DNA of 64,000 nt. Source: a virus. The stretch lies in the IMG/VR virus record IMGVR_UViG_3300027714_000004, positions 81,427 through 145,426 of that record; one strand, given 5' to 3'. Every line of letters starts with the position of its first letter. Position 1 is the first letter of the stretch. Below, in pieces: positions 56,049 to 64,000 of the stretch. The translations under genes and the position numbers were made by a program. A model generated the notes under the pieces. It ran no database searches, had not been told where the DNA came from, and saw only the letters and a program-made list of their open reading frames with translations.

Positions 56049-56287
56049 TGAACCAGCAAATCGATAATTCTAACTTGGTAGGAAAAGAGTGGCGTGATGC
56101 CGAACTTAATAATACTGACTGGGTCTCGATGATCCCAGATCATCCCCAGCACGAATCCTATAAGAAATATAGACAGGAACTTCGCGACTGGCCAGTCTGG
56201 GTTGAAGATGTAGTAGACTCAGAAGGTATTATTGTACAACATGGTGAACATCCTAACGGATACCCATCTACTAAACCAGAAATGTAA
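56048..56287 (+). CDS. Small fibre assembly chaperone-like protein
   Basis: WRDAELNNTDW...YRQELRDWP; ends in TKPEM like 54714-54935. Confidence 0.75.
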   Translation: MNQQIDNSNLVGKEWRDAELNNTDWVSMIPDHPQHESYKKYRQELRDWPVWVEDVVDSEGIIVQHGEHPNGYPSTKPEM

Positions 56288-56291
56288 CCCT

Positions 56292-56320
56292 TATAAATAC
56301 GGGGGTGGGAAACCACCTCC
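56292..56320 (+). promoter_or_regulatory. Late promoter TATAAATA plus GAAA hairpin copy 3
   Basis: TATAAATA-C-GGGGGTGG-GAAA-CCACCTCC. Confidence 0.75.
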
Positions 56321-56350
56321 ATACAATTACTTCTAAAAGGTAATAGAATA

Positions 56351-57271
56351 ATGAGCTTTAACAAAAAATTTAGAATACAAAATGGTGCAGATATCACAGG
56401 TCAAGTATTCGTAGGCAATCAGTTAGTAATTGATGCAGACGGTACAATACTTCTTCCTGCAATCACTGATGCAGTCGCAGCAGCGGTTGCTTCAGATATC
56501 TTTACTCTACAGACACAAGTAGATGCCATTCTTGGTAGTTCTCCAGAAACTTTAGATACACTTCAAGAAATCGTTGCTACCTTTTCATCGGCAGACGGCG
56601 ATCTACAAACTTTAATCACTAACACTTCTTCGGCAGTCTCTACTTTACAGGCTACCGTAGGTTCAGGTGCTTTGTCAACTAGTTCAAATACTCTAGTTGC
56701 AGCGGTTAACGAAATCCACACTTCGGTTCAGAATATTCCTGCTGGCCCTACTGGTGCTACTGGCCCACAAGGTATTCAGGGTGTTAAAGGCGATACTGGA
56801 GCTACAGGTGCTGCTGGCCCAACTGGTCAAACAGGTACTCAAGGCCCATCAGGTCAAACAGGTGCACAGGGTGCAACTGGCGCCACAGGAACTACGTCAG
56901 GTACTCCTAGTGATGTACAACTGTCTAGTCTGTACAACAACGGCAACAATGTTAGCGGTTCGTTCACAGCAACAGGTGACATCACTGCATACTCTGACAG
57001 ATCTTTGAAAGAGAATATCGAAGTTATTGCTAACCCTCTTGAAGTACTGAAAGGTATGAGAGGTGTAACATATAACCGTATCGATATGAACGGTAGAGAG
57101 CAGGTAGGTGTTATTGCACAAGAAGTTGAAGCAGTTCTGCCTCAAGTTGTTCATACTGATGGAAATGGAATCAAACATGTTGCTTATGGTAACATAGTTG
57201 CTTTGTTGATAGAAGCAGTAAAAGATCTTCAGGGGCAGGTTGAGGAGATGAAAGATGGCTCTTCAAAGTAG
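56351..57271 (+). CDS. Collagen-like fibre with a C-terminal peptidase S74 intramolecular chaperone ([12 protein letters not shown] family, copy 2)
   Basis: G-X-Y run; SDRSLKENI...[13 protein letters not shown]...VAYGN...LIEAVK motif. Confidence 0.85.
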   Translation: MSFNKKFRIQNGADITGQVFVGNQLVIDADGTILLPAITDAVAAAVASDIFTLQTQVDAILGSSPETLDTLQEIVATFSSADGDLQTLITNTSSAVSTLQATVGSGALSTSSNTLVAAVNEIHTSVQNIPAGPTGATGPQGIQGVKGDTGATGAAGPTGQTGTQGPSGQTGAQGATGATGTTSGTPSDVQLSSLYNNGNNVSGSFTATGDITAYSDRSLKENIEVIANPLEVLKGMRGVTYNRIDMNGREQVGVIAQEVEAVLPQVVHTDGNGIKHVAYGNIVALLIEAVKDLQGQVEEMKDGSSK

Positions 57272-57857
57272 TGGTGCGATATCAATCGGGAGTCTTCGTA
57301 GTGAGTATAGTGACGACGGTTCTTCATCTTTAAGCGAGTTTTATCGTGGCGGTTCTAGAGTAGTTTCTTCAGTTACTGTATCAGTAGCAACACCTTACAG
57401 TTACTACACTACTTCGTATGAGAATCAGACTACATATACTTCACAGGCTCAGACATCTTACAGTACGCATGGTGAGTATGGGTGGGATAACTACAGTGGT
57501 GCTCAGACCTTCTGGTATGGTAGTGCGAATAACGCAAGGTACTTTATCATTTGGGCAGGTTCGTACAAGCGTTACCTTTCTTCGTACTTCACATCGTATG
57601 CTCACGCTGATGGTTGGACATATAGTCTACAGAGTGTAATGTACGTAATTGGAGCGGACATATATATTGGTGACGTTTACAGAACACGGCAGGTAGCAAC
57701 TACTACCTATATACAAGTACCAACAACAGTTCAGGTTGCGGTTCAGAACGGCCCGTACACCGGATATAACTATAGTAACCAATCCGAAAACCGAAATACA
57801 GGTGTGCCACAAACAGGTACTCTATCATTATCAAACTTTTATGGAGGACATAACTAA
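57255..57857 (+). CDS. Fibre-tip adhesin-like protein
   Basis: [10 protein letters not shown]...SLSEFY and [10 protein letters not shown] termini, a type found after S74 fibres. Confidence 0.6.
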   Translation: MALQSSGAISIGSLRSEYSDDGSSSLSEFYRGGSRVVSSVTVSVATPYSYYTTSYENQTTYTSQAQTSYSTHGEYGWDNYSGAQTFWYGSANNARYFIIWAGSYKRYLSSYFTSYAHADGWTYSLQSVMYVIGADIYIGDVYRTRQVATTTYIQVPTTVQVAVQNGPYTGYNYSNQSENRNTGVPQTGTLSLSNFYGGHN

Positions 57858-58246
57858 TGTCTTTGCAACACACTAGCGAAATCAAAAGAATTGAAGTGCT
57901 ACCAACTTTAGGCGAATTTACTAATGTCATAAAGAGAGTAGTCCTAGAAGTAACTTTCACTGACCCTGATCTGGCACATCCAGTAGAGTCTAAAACAATG
58001 ATGGTATCAGTATTATCATCCGAAGACATGTCAGATTTTGTTCAAATCTCTGATGTAACAGAATCTCAGATCATAAAGTGGACGTTTGACTACCACGGCG
58101 GAGAAGAGAAATTTGTTGAAATGACTTCTAAACAGCATGGTGAAGAATTGGCTCGTCGAGTTGAATCTTACGGTCTAAAGAAGTTCGACTTAGATTCACA
58201 ATCAATTGTCGATGTCGCTGACGAATATGACGACTTTTTAAACTAG
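57857..58246 (+). CDS. Hypothetical fibre-associated protein
   Basis: TAATG coupling; DFV...DVTESQIIKW motif. Confidence 0.6.
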   Translation: MSLQHTSEIKRIEVLPTLGEFTNVIKRVVLEVTFTDPDLAHPVESKTMMVSVLSSEDMSDFVQISDVTESQIIKWTFDYHGGEEKFVEMTSKQHGEELARRVESYGLKKFDLDSQSIVDVADEYDDFLN

Positions 58247-58254
58247 TATAAATA
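58247..58254 (+). promoter_or_regulatory. Late promoter TATAAATA
   Basis: Exact intergenic consensus. Confidence 0.8.
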
Positions 58255-58448
58255 GTAATATTGGGAAATATAGTAACCTTTAATTTCCCTTTTTAAACTT
58301 ATCCCTCAGTCCATAATGGGCTGGGGGGTATTAAAAATACGTTCTGGTCTTCAGAGCATATTACAAACTGAGAATAGAGTCCTTCTATTCTCATTCAATC
58401 GGGAGTGGAATCACTCCACCTCTCATATTATAATTCTAAGGTGTACAA

Positions 58449-61400
58449 ATGAGTACTAATAAGAAATTTAGAATACAAAATGGCGTCGACATTACTGGTG
58501 AAGTAGTAGTCGGTGGTCAGATTGTAATTACCGCCGAAGGCAAGATTAATCTACCCGCACTACCTGATGATTTGCAATCTGCAAGTTCAGCTGATATAAC
58601 AGCACTTCAGGCGCAAGTAGATGCGATCCTTGGTTCTTCTCCGGAAAGCTTGGATACTCTCCAAGAAATCGTTTCACTAATTCAAAGCGAAGACGGTAGC
58701 ATACAAAATTTAATCACAAACAATTCCACCGCTATTACTGCATTGCAGACTCAACTCAACCAGGCGATGTATCTCAAATCCGACAAAACAGTTAACTTTA
58801 ATATCTCAGGTTCCGCTTCTAGCGGAAGTCCGGTTATTATAAATGAAGATGGTACTATTACTGCTATTGGCGAGTCCATTCCTGTTGCAGAACTTTCCGA
58901 GCTGGTAACCTCAGATACGATGGAGATAACTAACCAAGTAGTGCATTGGGAAAATGTCTCTAATATGACTGGTGACTATGCTAATAATAGTCACTATTCT
59001 TATCAACGTCAGATGCTTACGGCAGAACCTGTACAGATATCTAATGATGTAAATGGAAACGAAAGATTCCTACACGCATTTACCGAAGGTGATAAGACCC
59101 ATTTGGCGGTATATGCCGTTATAGATGGTGTGTTGACATTTGTATCTAGAAGTGTGTCTCATCTAAGTCCAGGCTGGATTCAGGACATGGCATATAACAG
59201 CACTTCTGATAAAGTACTGGCAATAGGTAGAAATCACCACACGAGCAAAATGCTTTACACTGGTGTGACCGTATCTGAGTCGGGAGTTATCCAATTAAGT
59301 AATTCAATGTACTCAACTCAAAACAGGACTCAGTTCACCCGTACTGGTAATAGTGTAATTGTAGAACCTATTGCTGATAGATTTGTATGTGTTAGTTTGG
59401 ACAGTGAGGATTACTATACCGTTATAGATCAGATCAATGTCACGCTTGGTGCCGAGACATATATCTCGTTAGAGAAAACGCAACAGATATATTCCTCTGG
59501 AGTGACTAAAACTCCTAATACAAATGGAGGCAAACTTTTCTCAGCGGCCAGTTCGATCGGCGGCGGAAACTCTATTTATTTTGGTGGTAACGACACGCTT
59601 CGGATGACTCAAGACAATAATAATGATGGTGATCCCGCTTGGAAACAAAGATACATTTACACGTACGGTGCAAAGGCTGGTGTGATCACGTGGAACTCGT
59701 CTACTCAAGAGTTTAATGACTTCAATGGTAGATGGACTCAGATCGACGGTGGTGTTGGAATAGACCATGTCGCTGGAATTACTGTGGGTTCCGATGGTAG
59801 TATACACATGATAGGTTTCAAAGGAAGTCCTCTCAGTGGTTCCGCTGATAATAATTTGGATAATATGGTCATCGTTAATGGACTTACCAACTTAAATTAT
59901 TCCCATCCATTAACTCTAGGAACTAATACTCCTAGTGCATCAGAATCGATGTTTGTCGACGGAAATGCAAAAAGCCCTCGTTGGTTTGCTTCCGAATTCC
60001 ACGGTAGTACATTTGCCCGATTGTCTGATGGTTCATTCGTTATATCTTTTGCTTACCATAATGAAAACGTATCTATCGCAACAATTAGTGCAGAAGGTGT
60101 TGTTACTGGTGTTGTAGATACTGGTTATGCGGTTGGTTCAGGACATGATAATAAACAGTGGTACCCTTCGGATATACAGTCTAAGTCATTCGTAACATCT
60201 GATGATGAAATGTATCACATCATAGCGAGAAGCGGATATAATTCGTCTTCTACTGATGGTAACCCACTAACTGGTTGGGCAACTCATAAACTTGGTTCCA
60301 CGATTCCAGACCCTTCTCTATACCTAGGTATCGCACAAGGTGGTGGTGACGTTGTTGTTTCTGGTGGTATTGCGACCAATTTGTCTGGTCTTACTCCATC
60401 AACAGTTTACTACGTACAGTCTGACGGTTCTTTGTCGACTACTGTAACAAACATTAAAGCTGGTGTTGCAATTAGTGAAACTGCGATTTTGGTATCTGAT
60501 AATCTAGACGATGCTAAACAAGACCTATCTTCGTATGCAACTAAACTATATGTTGACTCTAATGTTGCTGGTGGTGTTGCTGGTGTTGATCTTTCTGGTT
60601 ACACTGATACTTCAGGTATGACTTCAGCGATTGCAACTGCACAGTCTGCCGCTGAAGTAACTGCTGCTGCTGATGCAACTAGTAAAGCAGATGCCGCACA
60701 AGCTTCCGCAATCGCTGCTGCTGGAACTGCCGCAACACAAGCAATCGCTGATACCATTGATGCTGCCCCTGCCGCACTAGACACTCTTAACGAGTTAGCT
60801 GCTGCTCTAGGTGATGATGCAAACTTCGCATCTACTGTTACTGCATCTATCGCAACTAAAGTTGGTATAGCTGAAGTTGATGTTCGAATGGAACCAATCA
60901 AGCAACTAGCAGAATCTGCGCTACAACCAGCAGACCTTGGTGATGGTATTTCTGCTGTAACAGGTAATGGAATTATAGACGCATCTAGTATTGACGGTTC
61001 AGCATTTACTTCTGTAGGGCCTGCTGGTTCTGGTGAAATCTATGAACAAGTACAATATCCACTAGGTCTAGTGAGTGACGATAACCATGTCGCAACCTTG
61101 TCTTGGAATGACAGCGCTGCCGATCTTTGGGTCATTGTACATACCAAAATCGGAACTCACGTTAAAAGCTTTAAAGTTTCTGACGCAGGCGAAAATGCTA
61201 CTTGGGGAGGAGGTCACCTATCTCATATATCTCTAGAAGACAATATAATTTGTGTCAGTAGATCAGAAGGTTATGTGAAAGTCTATGATATTGCTAATAT
61301 TGCGGATGCAGATCATGGTCTTATCGCTCACATCGCCGACCCCTCTCTCCGAAAAACTTTCTACATCGGTGATAATAAGTTAGTTTCTACGGCATCAGCT

Positions 61401-64000
61401 TACTGGTATACTCAGGATTCTGTGAAGTGGTATGACCTATTAACTTCATCTGTTATCCACACCGAAACCGTTTCTCAAAGCAGCGAGGTCGGTCTTTTTG
61501 GAAGAACCTTTGTAGCCAGAACCCAGAAACAGCTCCATATGTGGGATGTAGACACTTATGCGTATAGTAGCTTACACCCGTCACATGATGGTGAATCATC
61601 TACAGACGATGATAGGTCTGTCTATGGTACTCGAGCTGTAATTTCTGGTGACAACATAGTATTTGCTTCTATAGATATGGATAACGGTAACTCACCCGTA
61701 ATGCACTTATTCAACAAGTCGGACTTGTCATACGTTAGAACATTTGACCCGATTGTACAGGATGACCCTGACAGCACTTACTCGATTAGTATACCTACTG
61801 ATGGTGGGAATAAAGGTATAGGGATTGGTGCACAAATCGTAGGAGATCATGTCCTACTAGCAATGTCATCTAACCACGTATCAACTGGTTCTGCCTTTTG
61901 GGGAGCTTACATTGGAATATGGAAACTTTCTACAGGTGAATTCGTCAAATTGGCATACGCTGGCGAAATCACAAAGTTTAGCACCTTAAATTTGGCAGTA
62001 AGTAACGAAAATCTTTTCCTTGGTACCGCTGGCACCGCTCAAGGCCTTGTAAGTTGTCTTTACCATCTAACTATACCTGTTGTCGTAGGCGCTACTACTT
62101 ACAGTATCGATACTTCTACTATTGCTACTAAAGCATATGTTGACTCTGGTGTTGCTGGTGTAGATCTTTCTGGTTACAGTGATACTACACAGATGGATTC
62201 TGCAATTGCTGTTGAAACTGCTGCTAGAACTGCTGCTATTGCTGCAATTCCTTCTACAGATTTGACTCCGTACTCAACTACTGCACAGATGGACTCATCT
62301 ATTGCAACTGCTAAAACAGAAGCACAGACATATGCAGACCAAGTTGTTGCATCGACTATTGATGCTGCTCCTGCTGCATTGGATACGTTGAATGAACTAG
62401 CTGCTGCTTTGGGTGACGATGCAAACTTTGCATCAACAGTAACCGCAAGTCTTGCTACTAAAGCAGACGCTGTTGCAACTGCTGCATCTATCGCATCTAA
62501 AGTTGGTCTAAGTGAAGTAGATACATTACTGCAACCTGTTAAGGAATTAGCAGAATCTGCACTCCAAGTATCAGATCTAGGTGAGGGATTCTCTCCATCA
62601 TTTACTTCTACTGTAGACTGGTCGGTATTAAGTTCGGATAGTTTTGGAACTCTTCAATGGCCTGGTGGTAATGCGCCAATTAACGTGTATAATATGGCAT
62701 TGAACTCGACACACATTGTTTATTCTCACGATAATGGCTGGACGGCCGGGGGACAAGATACATGGATAACAGTTTTCCTAAGAGATGGTACCTTTGTGAA
62801 AGATTGGCAGATTGGTACTGATGTCCAGATTCGAGACTCTACTCTGCGACTTAACGATACCCACCTAGCATATGTCCAACGTCAAGATACAGGGACTGGC
62901 GGTGGAACTACAGTATATCTCATGGAAAACATAGCAGACAATGATCACGGTCTGGTAGGAACTCTATCAGGTGTACATTTAGCAACAGTCGCTATACCTT
63001 ACGGTAATAAGTTGATTGTTGGTAAAAAAGGTGCTGATACACCGTCTTACGAAAGATCCGCTAAGACTTTCTCAATTTATGACATGGACAATCTTAATAC
63101 GGGAAGCGAACTTAATACATACACTGTTTCCGGTAAAGGTTCTCATGATGCTACTATCTCTGGAGACTCTCTCTATATTACAGCATATAATATAGATGAC
63201 GAATGGGGGGTCGAAGACGGTGATGTTATAGTATTGGATTTGTCAAGCTTCACTCCAACCTCTACGATTTCGGGTGCAGGTGGTCATATTGGTAATACCA
63301 ATGGAGACGTGTTTATTTCTCAGTTCAGTAACGGACGGCCGACCGCTTTTGATGTGTATAGTGTTTCTACGGGAGAATTTCTACGTACTCTAACTCATGA
63401 CTCAGTGAGTGCAATAGGATCAACATTCCCCAGAAATTTCACTTTGGCTAGAAATGTTCAAATTGATGGTGATTTCGCATTTTACTATATTGCGCATGCT
63501 TTTACAGCAACGCCAGGATTGTCCCAAGTTGTTATCTGGAGAATATCGACTGGTGAAGTTGTAGATGTAGTAGAGGTAACTCCTGCAAGCGGCCCTTTAA
63601 CTGGGATACCTTTATTTGCCATAAAAGATGGATTCGTAATCGCATCGGCAGTATCAAATAACTTCCCAAGATTTGGTTCTATTCCGCTAGTCCAAACGGC
63701 AAGTTATGGTGTAGATGACACACTATTTGCTACCAAAACATATGTTGATTCTGGTTACACTGATACTTCAGGTATGAATTCAGCGATTGCTGTTGAGACT
63801 GCTGCTAGAACTGCTGCTATCGCCGCAATTCCTGCAACTGACTTAACTCCATACTCAACTACTGCACAGATGGACTCATCTATTGCTGTTGAGACTGCTG
63901 CTAGAACTGCTGCTATCGCCGCAATTCCTGCAACTGACTTAACTCCATACTCAACTACTGCACAGATGGACTCATCTATTGCTGTTGAGACTTCATCTAG
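58449..64000 (+). CDS. Giant multi-domain fibre ([12 protein letters not shown] family, copy 3), >1850 aa, truncated by the window end; absent from the ORF track
   Basis: Hand translation found no stop through about 61,200, and the downstream repeats stay in this frame. Coiled-coil linkers (APAALDTLNELAAALGDDANF x2) separate three beta-rich domains. Confidence 0.8.
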   Translation, partial: MSTNKKFRIQNGVDITGEVVVGGQIVITAEGKINLPALPDDLQSASSADITALQAQVDAILGSSPESLDTLQEIVSLIQSEDGSIQNLITNNSTAITALQTQLNQAMYLKSDKTVNFNISGSASSGSPVIINEDGTITAIGESIPVAELSELVTSDTMEITNQVVHWENVSNMTGDYANNSHYSYQRQMLTAEPVQISNDVNGNERFLHAFTEGDKTHLAVYAVIDGVLTFVSRSVSHLSPGWIQDMAYNSTSDKVLAIGRNHHTSKMLYTGVTVSESGVIQLSNSMYSTQNRTQFTRTGNSVIVEPIADRFVCVSLDSEDYYTVIDQINVTLGAETYISLEKTQQIYSSGVTKTPNTNGGKLFSAASSIGGGNSIYFGGNDTLRMTQDNNNDGDPAWKQRYIYTYGAKAGVITWNSSTQEFNDFNGRWTQIDGGVGIDHVAGITVGSDGSIHMIGFKGSPLSGSADNNLDNMVIVNGLTNLNYSHPLTLGTNTPSASESMFVDGNAKSPRWFASEFHGSTFARLSDGSFVISFAYHNENVSIATISAEGVVTGVVDTGYAVGSGHDNKQWYPSDIQSKSFVTSDDEMYHIIARSGYNSSSTDGNPLTGWATHKLGSTIPDPSLYLGIAQGGGDVVVSGGIATNLSGLTPSTVYYVQSDGSLSTTVTNIKAGVAISETAILVSDNLDDAKQDLSSYATKLYVDSNVAGGVAGVDLSGYTDTSGMTSAIATAQSAAEVTAAADATSKADAAQASAIAAAGTAATQAIADTIDAAPAALDTLNELAAALGDDANFASTVTASIATKVGIAEVDVRMEPIKQLAESALQPADLGDGISAVTGNGIIDASSIDGSAFTSVGPAGSGEIYEQVQYPLGLVSDDNHVATLSWNDSAADLWVIVHTKIGTHVKSFKVSDAGENATWGGGHLSHISLEDNIICVSRSEGYVKVYDIANIADADHGLIAHIADPSLRKTFYIGDNKLVSTASAYWYTQDSVKWYDLLTSSVIHTETVSQSSEVGLFGRTFVARTQKQLHMWDVDTYAYSSLHPSHDGESSTDDDRSVYGTRAVISGDNIVFASIDMDNGNSPVMHLFNKSDLSYVRTFDPIVQDDPDSTYSISIPTDGGNKGIGIGAQIVGDHVLLAMSSNHVSTGSAFWGAYIGIWKLSTGEFVKLAYAGEITKFSTLNLAVSNENLFLGTAGTAQGLVSCLYHLTIPVVVGATTYSIDTSTIATKAYVDSGVAGVDLSGYSDTTQMDSAIAVETAARTAAIAAIPSTDLTPYSTTAQMDSSIATAKTEAQTYADQVVASTIDAAPAALDTLNELAAALGDDANFASTVTASLATKADAVATAASIASKVGLSEVDTLLQPVKELAESALQVSDLGEGFSPSFTSTVDWSVLSSDSFGTLQWPGGNAPINVYNMALNSTHIVYSHDNGWTAGGQDTWITVFLRDGTFVKDWQIGTDVQIRDSTLRLNDTHLAYVQRQDTGTGGGTTVYLMENIADNDHGLVGTLSGVHLATVAIPYGNKLIVGKKGADTPSYERSAKTFSIYDMDNLNTGSELNTYTVSGKGSHDATISGDSLYITAYNIDDEWGVEDGDVIVLDLSSFTPTSTISGAGGHIGNTNGDVFISQFSNGRPTAFDVYSVSTGEFLRTLTHDSVSAIGSTFPRNFTLARNVQIDGDFAFYYIAHAFTATPGLSQVVIWRISTGEVVDVVEVTPASGPLTGIPLFAIKDGFVIASAVSNNFPRFGSIPLVQTASYGVDDTLFATKTYVDSGYTDTSGMNSAIAVETAARTAAIAAIPATDLTPYSTTAQMDSSIAVETAARTAAIAAIPATDLTPYSTTAQMDSSIAVETSS
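63786..63992 (+). repeat. Exact 96-bp (32-aa) tandem repeat
   Basis: ATTGCTGTTGAGACT starts at 63786, 63882 and 63978; a diverged copy lies near 62206-62305. Confidence 0.9.

Noticed and set aside
52790-64000. Diversity-generating retroelement acting on the adhesins
   Set aside because: No reverse transcriptase is present in the window, and I saw no repeat pair differing only at adenines.
1-64000. tRNA/rRNA genes, introns or inteins
   Set aside because: No cloverleaf or T-loop signature was noticed in the few intergenic gaps, and core genes appear uninterrupted. This was an eye inspection only; tRNAscan or Infernal would be needed to be sure.

Overview
This is a 64-kb piece of a large T4-like myovirus genome; a marine host is suggested by family resemblance but cannot be shown. 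Bases 1-10,300 are an early region of small ORFs, including a DenV-like glycosylase, two HExxH metalloproteases, a MazG-like protein and a histone-H1-like Lys-rich protein, driven by repeated sigma70-type promoter/RBS cassettes. It is followed by gp33 and gp32, then a T4-type tail/baseplate block (gp29-like tape measure, gp51/gp26, gp54, gp2, gp4, gp48, gp53, gp27-like, short gp5, gp25, gp6, gp7, gp8, VrlC-like) with TATAAATA late promoters. Roughly 24,900-64,000 is an unusually rich fibre/adhesin region. The main novelty is two long Tyr/Phe-Ser/Thr-Arg-Gly repeat proteins (27406-31452 and 41686-44325). Their repeat halves are mirror-complementary at the protein level: xRxR units face xG(N/D)(Y/F) units in antiparallel register, suggesting roughly 100-nm self-zipping beta-hairpin needles. 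One is inserted into a loop of an Ig/Calx-beta-like domain, and the other lies next to a glycosyltransferase and a 2OG-Fe(II) oxygenase-like gene. Other notable items are a probable -1 frameshift upstream of the tape measure gene, duplicated siphovirus-J-like tip modules, and hairpin-headed fibre/adhesin cassettes. All family assignments come from motif recognition, not database searches.
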